In this document: piece after piece, positions 1 to 8,529 of the stretch
Layout of the letters: every line of letters begins with the position of its first letter
Numbering within the stretch: position 1 is the stretch's first letter
NCBI GenBank assembly: GCA_003526745.1
Contig: DPVD01000020.1
Location: forward strand, 1-32,690
DNA length: 32,690 nucleotides
From: Candidatus Latescibacterota bacterium
GTDB lineage: Bacteria > Latescibacterota > UBA2968
Direction: 5' to 3'
Program-made: the position numbers and the translations under genes
The notes under the pieces: model-generated
What the model was told of the DNA's origin: nothing
Databases searched by the model: none
The model's input: the letters and a program-made list of their open reading frames with translations, nothing else

Positions 1-828
1 GTAAATTGGAAAACACGAATTGCGAACAATTGCTTATTCATCGATGATCTCGAAACAGGAAGAGTCGTTTTGCAGCACAACTCACGACCGGGTATGCGTC
101 CATACATTCATCCGTTGAGAGGGGTGGATGAGCAGACGTGTCTTACCGAGGACAGCCCTTGGCATCATCCTTGGCAGCACGGTATTCAGACCGGGTATCA
201 CGGGGTGAATGGCTGCGATTTCTGGTTTGATCCGGGTCAGAACGCCAAGGTCGAGATCGGGACGATTGAGCCCAGCAGCCCTGAGGTTTTCGATGCAGGA
301 GAGCCGAGTTGGTTAATCCAGTCGGCCTGGCGACACAGCAACGGGAGCGAGCTTCTGCGGGAGAAACAGACCTGGTCGCTACGTCACGCTGAGGATGTGT
401 TGCTTCTCGATCTCGTCTGGACGATCACTGCCATTCCGTATGTGACGATTGAACAGGGCTCGTACGGCGGACTGTTCATCCGTATGCCCTTTCGTTCGGA
501 TCGCGATACGAAGGTGGTGAACTCTTCGGGGTTGGAGGACGATGCGACCGAGCAGCAACCCGCAGCGTGGGTTGATCTACGGATGCCAGTCAATAAGGGA
601 GATGTGCTTGCGGGAATCACCCTGCTTGATCATGTCGCCAACCCTCGGCATCCCGCTCACTGGCGTGTCGATGGACAACGAGGGATTAACCCGTCGCCGT
701 GTATCCCAAGAGAGATCACCTTGTCAGCCGATGAGGAGATGACGCATCGATACCGGATGGTGCTTCACGACGGTACGCTGGTGATCGATCGAATTGAGGA
801 ACTCTGGGAGAGCTTTGGCAATGAGTAG
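1..828 (+). CDS. PmoA-family / DUF6807 protein, 5'-truncated by the window edge
   Basis: Frame 1 has no stop from nt 1 up to the TTG at 70 listed in the ORF track (VNWKTRIANNCLFIDDLETGRVV precedes it), so the gene enters from the left edge. The core RPGMRPYIHPL...LTEDSPWHHPWQHG...VNGCDFW resembles the conserved N-terminal block of the PmoA-like family that normally accompanies Gfo/Idh/MocA oxidoreductases. The stop TAG is at 826-828. Confidence 0.65.
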   Translation, partial: VNWKTRIANNCLFIDDLETGRVVLQHNSRPGMRPYIHPLRGVDEQTCLTEDSPWHHPWQHGIQTGYHGVNGCDFWFDPGQNAKVEIGTIEPSSPEVFDAGEPSWLIQSAWRHSNGSELLREKQTWSLRHAEDVLLLDLVWTITAIPYVTIEQGSYGGLFIRMPFRSDRDTKVVNSSGLEDDATEQQPAAWVDLRMPVNKGDVLAGITLLDHVANPRHPAHWRVDGQRGINPSPCIPREITLSADEEMTHRYRMVLHDGTLVIDRIEELWESFGNE

Positions 829-2242
829 CAGACCGAACATCCTGTTCGTGTTTTCGGATCAGCAGCGCTACAACGCGCTGGGAGCTAACGGCAATGACAT
901 CGTGCAGACGCCGAACCTGGACGCGATCGCATCCCAGGGCATGGTGTGCGACAACGTCTACTCGAATCATCCGTTGTGTTCGCCGTATCGGGCGATTCTT
1001 CTGACCGGCCAGTTTGGATGGAGGAACGGCGTGATTGACAACGAATACCGGCCTCGACGTGACATACCGACGCTCCCGAGTCTTCTGCGTGATGAAGGCT
1101 ATGAGACGGGTCATATTGGTACGTTCCATCTCGGTAGGGGGCCATATCCCAAAAAGGACCGTTATGGGTTCGACTATCTTGGCGCCCTGCATCTGGATGG
1201 GACAAAGGGATTCTTCGATCAAAGCTACTTTGAGAACGAGGCGGGACCCACGTCACACGAGGGATGGGCTCCCACCGTCGAGACAGATCTATCGATTCGA
1301 TTCTTAGAGCAGCATCTCGATAAGCGTCCTGATGACCCATTCGCTCTGTTTATTTCGTGGCGACCGCCGCATTGGCCATACAAATCCTACCCGGAGGAGT
1401 TCGATATCTACGACGGGGATACAGTCGATTTGCCCGAAAACGTTCCGGTTCAGATGGCTGAATTTGCGAGACGAGAGATGGCAGATTATTACGGCAACTG
1501 CTCGGCTCTAGATACAGAGATGGGCCGTCTAGAAGCAGCTCTGGATCGCCTGGGTATCACCGAGAACACAATCGTCATCTACACGTCGGATCACGGCGAT
1601 CATCTGTCGAGTCACGGATACGGTAAACCGGGAGACAGTTGGCTTCACCACTCGATGCGAGCCTCGAAGGCGACACCGTACGAAGAGTCGGTCCACGTCC
1701 CCTTCGTGATCCGATGGCCGGGACACACTCCATCCGGTACACGCAGCAACAGCTTCTTCGGAACGATTGACCTTGTTCCCAGTCTCCTCGGGGCTTGTGG
1801 CGTGTCGATACCCGATTGCATGCAGGGGCGTGACGTCTCCACGCTTTGGGACGGAGGGTCGCCACCAGTGGATCCCCAGCAAGCACCCGGCGGATCCGAT
1901 TCGGCCTACCTGATGAACATGGCAAATGGGTGGCCGAACAGATATGGGTGGGTGGGTCGCTGGCGCGGTGTTCGAACGGCTCGTTATACCTATGCACGCT
2001 GGTATCAAAACGAGCGCGGACCCTGGTTATTCGATCGCGCGGGCGATCCACTGGAGATGACGAATTTGGCGAAGTCTCGAGAAGGCCGTGTGGCGGTCGA
2101 GGAAATGGAAGAGCGACTGCACCGCTGGATAGATGCGACAAGCGATCCGTTCGAGTACGGGAAGCGAGGACCGAGAGGGTTTATCGAAGTTGGGCAGGAA
2201 TGGGCGGATCCAGAGAAATGGAAGGAATGGGAGACGGCGTAG
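821..2242 (+). CDS. Type I sulfatase (arylsulfatase A family), Cys-type, leaderless
   Basis: The ORF-track ORF is 794..2242. I prefer the ATG at 821 (MSSRPNILFVFSDQQR), which overlaps the upstream stop at 826-828. The formylglycine motif C-S-P-Y-R lies at nt 977-991 and is followed by AILLTG. The downstream SDHGDH block is typical of sulfatases. There is no N-terminal hydrophobic signal segment. Confidence 0.9.
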   Translation: MSSRPNILFVFSDQQRYNALGANGNDIVQTPNLDAIASQGMVCDNVYSNHPLCSPYRAILLTGQFGWRNGVIDNEYRPRRDIPTLPSLLRDEGYETGHIGTFHLGRGPYPKKDRYGFDYLGALHLDGTKGFFDQSYFENEAGPTSHEGWAPTVETDLSIRFLEQHLDKRPDDPFALFISWRPPHWPYKSYPEEFDIYDGDTVDLPENVPVQMAEFARREMADYYGNCSALDTEMGRLEAALDRLGITENTIVIYTSDHGDHLSSHGYGKPGDSWLHHSMRASKATPYEESVHVPFVIRWPGHTPSGTRSNSFFGTIDLVPSLLGACGVSIPDCMQGRDVSTLWDGGSPPVDPQQAPGGSDSAYLMNMANGWPNRYGWVGRWRGVRTARYTYARWYQNERGPWLFDRAGDPLEMTNLAKSREGRVAVEEMEERLHRWIDATSDPFEYGKRGPRGFIEVGQEWADPEKWKEWETA

Positions 2243-2417
2243 GTACGTCAACGATGTTCCATGTGCCTGTCACACAGATTGACGTCCTATCGAAGGATGG
2301 CTGTCAGCAAAATACTGATTGAAGGGGCCCTCAAGACCGCGTTGCCAGGAGGGACGGAGAACCGTTCGGCTTTTGCCTACTCAGAGTAAACAATTAGCGG
2401 AGGAAAGAACTAGGTAG

Positions 2418-3932
2418 ATGAAGAAACCAAATGTTCTATTCGTGATGACAGATCAGCAGCGATGGGATACGATCGCTGCGCTGGGGAACGGACATATTTA
2501 TACGCCGAACATGGATCGACTTGTGCGTCGTGGTGTGTCGTTCAACTGGGGATACTCGTCTTGTCCCGTTTGCGTAGCCGCGCGGTATACGGTTAGGACC
2601 GGATGTGAGCCCTTGAAGACGAGACGGTTTTCAAATGGGCGAGTACCACCAATTGCGGGTCAATCTGAGGAGATGACAGACCGATGCGGGCCATATATCG
2701 CACAGACGATGCGCAGTCACGGGTATCGGACATTCGGGATCGGGAAGTTCCATACGGGTCCCTGGAATGAAGACATCGGTTACGATGTGCACCTCCACAG
2801 CGAAGAGATGTATCGCACTCCGGAGCAGCGGGCTGCTGATGGATACGCGGGGTGGATCGCGCGCGAGCATCCTGAGTTCGACTACATAGAGGCTCTCCAA
2901 GGCGAGCGAACAGAAATGTATTACATGCCGCAAGTGAGTCCATTGCCTGCACATCTTACCGTAGAGGCGTGGGCGGCTGATCGCGCGGTCGAGCAGATTA
3001 GAGTTGATGACGAGCGACCGTATTTCGGGTTTGTGTCGTTCATTGGACCTCATCCCCCGTTCGCGCCTCCCGTGCCGTTCAACCGGATGTATGATCCGGA
3101 TCGGATGCCAAATCCCATCTATGGAGAGATCGAAACGGACCACGCTGACGAGCAAATTCCGTATATGAACCGGATCATCTGGGCGGACGATATCACGGAT
3201 TCGCACGCGCGTGTGCTCAAGGCGAGATACTACGGGGAAATCTCGTATATCGACGACTGTCTTGGCAGGATTCTGGACACAGTTGAGTCGCGAAAAGATG
3301 CGGATAATACGGTGATCTGCTTCTTCTCTGATCACGGAGAGCATCTTGGTGACCATCGCGCGTGGCAGAAGGAGAGCTTCTTCGACGCATCCAATCACAT
3401 ACCATTTCTCGTGAGCTGGCCAACAACGCTTCCGAAGGATCAACGTCGCGACGAGTTGGTCTGTCTGACTGACCTGTTCGCGATTGCGACGGGCGCAGCG
3501 GGACAAACAGAGACGCGCGATGGCTCAGATGTTCTAGGCGTACTGATTGGTGACGTCGATCCGAGAGAACACGTGATCGGATGGTATGGGGTTCCCGGTA
3601 AGGCGGACTTCAAAGTGATGGTTAGGCATGGGGAATCGAAATACATCTACCTTGCGAACGGTGGGCGGGAGCAGCTGTTTAACCTGGTAGAGGACCCGCA
3701 AGAGCTCCGAGATCGCTCGAAGACAGATTCGGATGTGCTCGAGTCGTTGCGTGAGATAGCCATATCCCAATGCGAGCAACCAGAAGCGGAGGGTGCACTG
3801 GAGAACGGAACCCTGAAAGCGTTTCCTTTCACGCCACGTGAGCGCAATCGGATCTATCAGTTTGACCTATCTAGGGGTGTGGCGAAATTCCCCGAGCGAC
3901 CCGAAGATGCATTAAAGTCGCAGGTAGTCTGA
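2418..3932 (+). CDS. Type I sulfatase with non-canonical C-V-A-A-R maturation motif, leaderless
   Basis: MKKPNVLFVMTDQQRWD is a sulfatase N-terminus. The motif CPV-C-V-A-A-R-YTVRTG (C-V-A-A-R at nt 2571-2585) is in register with CxPxR-xxxx-TG but has Ala in place of Pro. An SDHGEHLGDH block is present. GGAGGA lies upstream of the ATG. No signal peptide. Confidence 0.9.
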   Translation: MKKPNVLFVMTDQQRWDTIAALGNGHIYTPNMDRLVRRGVSFNWGYSSCPVCVAARYTVRTGCEPLKTRRFSNGRVPPIAGQSEEMTDRCGPYIAQTMRSHGYRTFGIGKFHTGPWNEDIGYDVHLHSEEMYRTPEQRAADGYAGWIAREHPEFDYIEALQGERTEMYYMPQVSPLPAHLTVEAWAADRAVEQIRVDDERPYFGFVSFIGPHPPFAPPVPFNRMYDPDRMPNPIYGEIETDHADEQIPYMNRIIWADDITDSHARVLKARYYGEISYIDDCLGRILDTVESRKDADNTVICFFSDHGEHLGDHRAWQKESFFDASNHIPFLVSWPTTLPKDQRRDELVCLTDLFAIATGAAGQTETRDGSDVLGVLIGDVDPREHVIGWYGVPGKADFKVMVRHGESKYIYLANGGREQLFNLVEDPQELRDRSKTDSDVLESLREIAISQCEQPEAEGALENGTLKAFPFTPRERNRIYQFDLSRGVAKFPERPEDALKSQVV

Positions 3933-4336
3933 GAAGAAGAGAACATGTGCTCGACTTGTACATCACTTCGAAGCTGTTTAGGTTCATGACAAGCCTGAAG
4001 AAGAACGACCGGAAGTAGTTCTAGAAGAACAAAAACCGCCTGGAGAGAGATTTGAGGGAACCGCCGATCAGATTCATCAACGACTCTAGGAAGATCGGAC
4101 GAGCGCAATTTCAGATTTATAGAGATACACGATTGCCCGCAAGTTTCGACACGGACTACATAATTGTCGAAGATAAAATGTGTAAGGACTTTCTGCCTTT
4201 TTAGAGTTGATCCGACAGCAACCTTCTCGGGAGGGACTTTGGGAAGTCATTTTCCAAGGCTCGCATGATAGCTAGGCCGGCTATGAAAGTTCTGACGGAG
4301 GCGTTGGGTTCGAGTCATTTTTATAAATGATGATAA

Positions 4337-5272
4337 GTGTCAAAAGAAATAGGTATACCTGAAGTGGTGTTGCTCGTTCGAGGACTACCCCAGCGGAAGA
4401 AGTTTTTCGAGAACGTGAGGATTGATTCTTCACGGTGGGACCACTACGTGCCGCGCGAGGGAGATGTCGTCGTTGCGACGTATGCGAAGAACGGGACGAC
4501 GTGGATGGAGCAGATTGTTCTGCATCTTATCCATGGAGGCTCTACAGAAGTCACGATTCACGAAGTGGGCTTCTGGATCGACCGAAAGAGCAGGCGGGAT
4601 TCAAAGGATCGCGTGGATTTGACGGTCGAAGAGATGGTTGCGGAGATGCAACAACAGACCCACCGACGTCAGTTTAAGACCCATCTTCCGCTTGATCATC
4701 TTCCATTCCAAAAAGAGGCACGTTACATCGTCGTAGGACGTCCTAACCGGGACGTTTGGCTTTCGTGGCACAACCACTATCGGAACTGGCTCCAGCAAGA
4801 CCACCTGCCTGAGGACCCTCACGCATTCTGGGCGGACTGGATAGAGGGTCGAGTCGCACCTCATAGCGACTGGGGTGAAAAGGATGGCGTGCATCCGCAC
4901 TTTGACTTCTACCAGCAGTGGTGGGACTATCGCCACCTCGACAATGTTCTGTTGGTCCACTTTGACGATCTGCTGACTGATCTAGACGGAGAGGTTGCGC
5001 GAATTGCCCGATACCTATCGATTGACGTTTCAGAGTCCGAAATCGGAGCGATTGTGAAGGCTACTTCCTTCGACCATATGAAGGCGAATGCGGATCAGCT
5101 TCTGCCCGGCGCGAATCGAGCAGGTGTGTTCCTCAATGAAGGACGGAACGGGCGATGGCGAGACGTACTTACGGAGTCGGATTTGGAGCTTTATCGCATA
5201 GCTAGGAAACGGGCAATGGCAAATAGTATCGATGAGGCGTGTCTGGAATGGCTGGAACGGGTAGGCACATAG
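4337..5272 (+). CDS. PAPS-dependent sulfotransferase (cytosolic SULT-like, Sulfotransfer_1 type)
   Basis: The 5'-phosphosulfate binding loop Y-A-K-N-G-T-T-W lies at nt 4481-4504. A 3'-phosphate binding-like block GRNGRWRDVLT (compare RKGxxGDWKxxFT) sits near the C-terminus. The GTG start at 4337 comes immediately after in-frame TGA TGA TAA. The start codon is uncertain. Confidence 0.8.
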   Translation: MSKEIGIPEVVLLVRGLPQRKKFFENVRIDSSRWDHYVPREGDVVVATYAKNGTTWMEQIVLHLIHGGSTEVTIHEVGFWIDRKSRRDSKDRVDLTVEEMVAEMQQQTHRRQFKTHLPLDHLPFQKEARYIVVGRPNRDVWLSWHNHYRNWLQQDHLPEDPHAFWADWIEGRVAPHSDWGEKDGVHPHFDFYQQWWDYRHLDNVLLVHFDDLLTDLDGEVARIARYLSIDVSESEIGAIVKATSFDHMKANADQLLPGANRAGVFLNEGRNGRWRDVLTESDLELYRIARKRAMANSIDEACLEWLERVGT

Positions 5273-5288
5273 TTTGAGCTTTCTGGGT

Positions 5289-5294
5289 GGAGGA
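5289..5294 (+). promoter_or_regulatory. Shine-Dalgarno GGAGGA for the UxuA-like gene
   Basis: GGAGGA lies 7 nt upstream of the ATG at 5302. Confidence 0.6.
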
Positions 5295-5301
5295 TAAAGC
5301 A

Positions 5302-6330
5302 ATGCTGAAGATCGCGATTTCGACGCCGCCACAGGCCGGAGACCGATGGACATTGATGAAGCAGGTCGGGGTGGAGTGTGCAGTGGGCGGAATCAGTCTG
5401 AGTCCGATTCCCAGGGCGGAACCGGAGGATCAACCGTGGAGCTATACCTCGTTGAAGAAGGCTAAGGAGGCATACGAGGCTGGTGGAATTCCGCTTCAGG
5501 TGATCGAATCCCGACCGCCTATGGAAAAGATCAAACTGGGGTTAGATGGCCGCGACGAAGAAATCGAGGTCGTTTGTGAGTTTCTCCAGAATATGGGAAA
5601 GTTGGATATCCCAACGTGGTGCTATGCCTGGATGCCGATCCTTGGTGTGATTCGAACGTCCAGGTCGATTGCCTCTCGAGGCGGTGCACACGTGAGTGGG
5701 TTTGATCTGAGTGCAATGTCCGAGCTTGATAACCCGAGCGAGGGACCGATCCGAAACATAGACGGTGTTCCGATCGACGATCAAACAAACAGCGGTGTCG
5801 AGGTAACCGATGAGCAGCAGTGGGGCTGCCTGAGGTATTTTTTGGAACGAGTGGTGCCCGTTGCAGAAGAATCAGGCGTTAATCTGGCTATGCATCCAGA
5901 CGATCCGCCACTCTCGCCCATAAAAGGTATTTCGCGGATCATGAGCAATGTCGATAACTACCAGAAGCTGATTGATCTGGTTCCAAGTTCGGTCAACGGG
6001 ATCTGTATTTGCCAGGGCAATTTCACACTGATGACCGACGACCTGCCGTCCGTGATCCGACATTTCGGAGAGCAGAAGAAGATCCATTTTCTGCACATCC
6101 GAGACGTTCAGGGTGCGCCTGAGAAGTTCAAGGAGGCGTTCCATGATGACGGTAAGACGGACCTTGTTGAATGTTTCCGCGCCTACCGAGATGTCGAATA
6201 CCAAGGTGTTCTTCGACCGGATCACTACCCAAAAATGGGCGATGCAGGTTTTAATGACGAGGTGGGATTCGCTCGATTGTTCGCGGTGGGATACCTGAAG
6301 GGGATTCGAGAGACCGTCTACGCGGAATAG
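5302..6330 (+). CDS. Mannonate dehydratase (UxuA)-family sugar-acid dehydratase, short form
   Basis: VVPVAEESGVNLAMHPDDPPLSPIKGISRIMS...VNGICICQGNF...IHFLHIRD...LRPDHYPKM is collinear with the E. coli UxuA blocks PVAEEVGVRMAVHPDDPP / GLPRIVS / CTGSYG / FTHLRS / MRPDHGH as I recall them. The ATG at 5302 is preferred over the GTG at 5287 because of the SD. Confidence 0.8.
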   Translation: MLKIAISTPPQAGDRWTLMKQVGVECAVGGISLSPIPRAEPEDQPWSYTSLKKAKEAYEAGGIPLQVIESRPPMEKIKLGLDGRDEEIEVVCEFLQNMGKLDIPTWCYAWMPILGVIRTSRSIASRGGAHVSGFDLSAMSELDNPSEGPIRNIDGVPIDDQTNSGVEVTDEQQWGCLRYFLERVVPVAEESGVNLAMHPDDPPLSPIKGISRIMSNVDNYQKLIDLVPSSVNGICICQGNFTLMTDDLPSVIRHFGEQKKIHFLHIRDVQGAPEKFKEAFHDDGKTDLVECFRAYRDVEYQGVLRPDHYPKMGDAGFNDEVGFARLFAVGYLKGIRETVYAE

Positions 6331-6423
6331 TCAGGACCAGACTAAAATGGTGTCTTCTTTGGGTGGCGTGGCAATAAATGCAGCGAGCACCGCGCGCGTC
6401 TCGGTACGATCGATCCTAGGCAC

Positions 6424-6570
6424 TTAGTCGACATTCTCGGAGTGGAAGAGGTAAGGGTCGCCCGCACTCGGCTTTATCCGAGTAGTCGGAATGTCGTGTT
6501 CTGCTGCATACTCTGGGAATGTCTCCTCAGCGAGCGCTTTAAGAGGGTCATTGTATGTCGTCGTGATCAT
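6424..6570 (-). CDS. Candidate 48-aa small ORF downstream of the tandem PhyH pair (hypothetical)
   Basis: Hand translation gives ATG at 6570 to TAA at 6426-6424: MITTTYNDPLKALAEETFPEYAAEHDIPTTRIKPSAGDPYLFHSENVD. It is same-strand and 55 nt downstream of the PhyH stop, and too short for the ORF track. It has no clear SD and no family resemblance. Confidence 0.15.
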   Translation of the reverse strand: MITTTYNDPLKALAEETFPEYAAEHDIPTTRIKPSAGDPYLFHSENVD

Positions 6571-6625
6571 CGACGGTGCGTTCGATTCTATCGGCTTCCA
6601 CTCGCACTATGGTGCGTCCACCGCG

Positions 6626-7420
6626 CTATTCCTCGATGTCTCTTACCGCGTCTCCCCAGTCCTCCCACATATCCTCACCGGGCGGGAGCTCGGCCAGCTG
6701 ATTGATATTCTTGAAGGAGAAGTCCGTCAAAATAGCCTTGCGGATGTTGGTCGAATAATTGTGCGACCCCATGTGTGCCATTCTGTGATGCCAGATCACG
6801 ATGTCACCAGGCTCGCCGTGAGTCTGGAAAGACGTCGTTTCCCAACTGTTGTCGTATTCTTTACGAATCCGATCGTATTTGTCGGTCGATTCCTTCCGAT
6901 ATCGAGAATGTGAGGTGTAGAAGAGGCGTCGATGGCTTCCCGGCCAGACAGCGAACCCGCCCCCGTCAGGTTCGACCGTGTCGACATAGCACACGAATCC
7001 CAGAGTGAACTGACCATCGTCGATGTGCATGTAACGAGGCTGGGAATCCGTCTTGAGCCGAGGAAGGGTGCAGTAAATTCCTCGTACTCGATCACGCTGG
7101 GTGAAGCGATCCTTGCCCAGGAGCTGGTTCGCCGTGCTCTGAACGAACGGATGCCACGGCAGTCCTTGGACGATCCAATCCTCGGACCCAACTTTCCGAT
7201 ACATCCAGCGATAGTCCTTCTTGAAATTGTCGGGATCCTCGGACACTTCATTTGGCTTGATCGGCCCAATCCAGGAGTTCGGGTCGTCCTTCCTCAGGGA
7301 TGGCGGTGGATCGTCCCACAGTCGTTCGCGTGCCGTAGCGCAATAGTTCTGTTCAATGATCCCGCGCTTAACGAGAAAGCCGTCACGCTTGAACTGTGAA
7401 ACCTCGGCATCGCTCAGCAT
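6626..7420 (-). CDS. PhyH-family Fe(II)/2OG dioxygenase (tandem copy A)
   Basis: The N-terminus MLSDAEVSQFKRDGFLVKRGII is typical of PhyH. H-x-D is present in YMHIDDG. Also present are the VWPGSHR motif and the distal His/Asn/Arg block MAHMGSHNYSTNIRKA. The start ATG at 7420 overlaps the upstream paralog's stop by 7 nt. Confidence 0.85.
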   Translation of the reverse strand: MLSDAEVSQFKRDGFLVKRGIIEQNYCATARERLWDDPPPSLRKDDPNSWIGPIKPNEVSEDPDNFKKDYRWMYRKVGSEDWIVQGLPWHPFVQSTANQLLGKDRFTQRDRVRGIYCTLPRLKTDSQPRYMHIDDGQFTLGFVCYVDTVEPDGGGFAVWPGSHRRLFYTSHSRYRKESTDKYDRIRKEYDNSWETTSFQTHGEPGDIVIWHHRMAHMGSHNYSTNIRKAILTDFSFKNINQLAELPPGEDMWEDWGDAVRDIEE

Positions 7421-8232
7421 TCAGGACTCCAATTCCGTTCATCGCCAACGTCTCGCACCGCGTCAGCCCAGTCTTCCCACATATCTTCGCCCGGGGGGAG
7501 TTCGGCCAACTCATCGACGTTTTTCCACGAGAAGTCAGTCAGGACGGCTTTACGAATGTTCGAGGTATAGTTTGGGGATGCCATGTGAGCCATCCGTCGG
7601 TGCCAGAATACAATGTCCCCCGGATCTCCATAAGTTTGCACTGAACTTGTTTCCGAGGTGTTGTCGTATTCCTGACGGATGGGATCGAATTCATCGGTCA
7701 ATTCCCGCCGATAGCGGGAGCGAGAGACATACCAGAATTTTCGGTGGCTACCGGGCCAGAGAGCAAAGCCTCCCCCATCAGGTTCTACACGGTCGACGTA
7801 GCATACAACCCCAATCGTGGCCTGCCCGGCGTCGATATGCATGGTTCGAGGTGTTCGCGCAACATCGCCATAGGGTAACGTTCCGTAGATGCCTCGAACG
7901 CTTTCTGGCTGAGTGAAGCGACCCTTACCAAGGAGCTGGTTGACTACGGATTGGACGAAAGGGTGAAAGGAGAGCCCTTCTCGCATCCAGGGCTCGGTGC
8001 TGACTTTCCGATACTGCCAGCGGTATCCTTTCTTGAAGTTGTCCGGATCTTCCGATTCCTCTTCCGGCTTGATCGGACCGATCCAGGTTTCTGGGTCGTC
8101 TTTAGACAACGAAGGCGGAGGGTCGTCCCACAGACGATCACAGGCGGTCGCGCAGTACGATTTGTCAATAATGCCGCGTTTAACGAGATACCCGTCTCGT
8201 TTGAACTGAAGGATTTCGTCGTCTGTGAGCAT
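7414..8232 (-). CDS. PhyH-family Fe(II)/2OG dioxygenase (tandem copy B)
   Basis: It is collinear with copy A, with 61 of the first 80 residues identical by hand alignment. It has H-x-D in TMHIDAG, LWPGSHR, and MAHMASPNYTSNIRKA. Confidence 0.85.
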   Translation of the reverse strand: MLTDDEILQFKRDGYLVKRGIIDKSYCATACDRLWDDPPPSLSKDDPETWIGPIKPEEESEDPDNFKKGYRWQYRKVSTEPWMREGLSFHPFVQSVVNQLLGKGRFTQPESVRGIYGTLPYGDVARTPRTMHIDAGQATIGVVCYVDRVEPDGGGFALWPGSHRKFWYVSRSRYRRELTDEFDPIRQEYDNTSETSSVQTYGDPGDIVFWHRRMAHMASPNYTSNIRKAVLTDFSWKNVDELAELPPGEDMWEDWADAVRDVGDERNWSPEC

Positions 8233-8529
8233 AGCAACACCTTACTCTGATACTCTCAAAGAAATTTTGCCACTAGAGGGAAGGCCAGACACACAATATA
8301 GCGAACTCTCATAACAACTTCCGGTTCGAGTTGGGCGGACTCACCTGCTAAAAAACGTGGGTCCATCTGCAGATGGCGCGTGCAGTCAGGCCGGTTTTGC
8401 CTACTCAATCTCGCACTACTTTCGCATCTTGCACAAGACATTGTCGACTTGAACCCGAATATCACAGTCGAGGATTTCGCCACGTAATTCGCTGTGTCCT
8501 CCGTGGTTCCATTCCTTTTGAGGTTTTAC

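Noticed and set aside
2245-2285. 7-bp inverted repeat ACGTCAA...TTGACGT with a 27-nt loop, just after the sulfatase 1 stop.
   Set aside because: The loop is too large and there is no U-tract for an intrinsic terminator. A single occurrence is of uncertain significance.
2631-3506. Long antisense ORFs nested inside well-supported genes. Examples are 2631..3506(-) 291 aa inside sulfatase 2, 716..1222(-), 1575..2141(-), 6932..7399(+), 7356..7916(+), 9831..10478(+), 10653..11066(+), 24568..25104(+) and 28636..29088(-).
   Set aside because: Each lies wholly antisense to, or out of frame with, an ORF that has clear family motifs. Their translations are Arg/Ser/Pro/Cys-rich low-complexity strings with no recognisable motifs. 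This is the usual artefact of GC-rich coding DNA.
4307-4316. GGTTCGAGTC, resembling a tRNA T-loop, in the 404-bp spacer upstream of the sulfotransferase. A second GGTTCGAG occurs near 8326.
   Set aside because: The flanking bases cannot form a T-stem (TTGGG versus CATTT), and no acceptor or anticodon arms could be drawn. This is a chance match.
4265-4336. 21-codon uORF (MIARPAMKVLTEALGSSHFYK) in the same frame as the sulfotransferase. It ends in three consecutive stops (TGA TGA TAA) directly before the GTG start.
   Set aside because: It is curious, but tiny ORFs are expected by chance in a 404-bp AT-richer spacer. It has no SD, and there is no evidence of leader-peptide attenuation structures.
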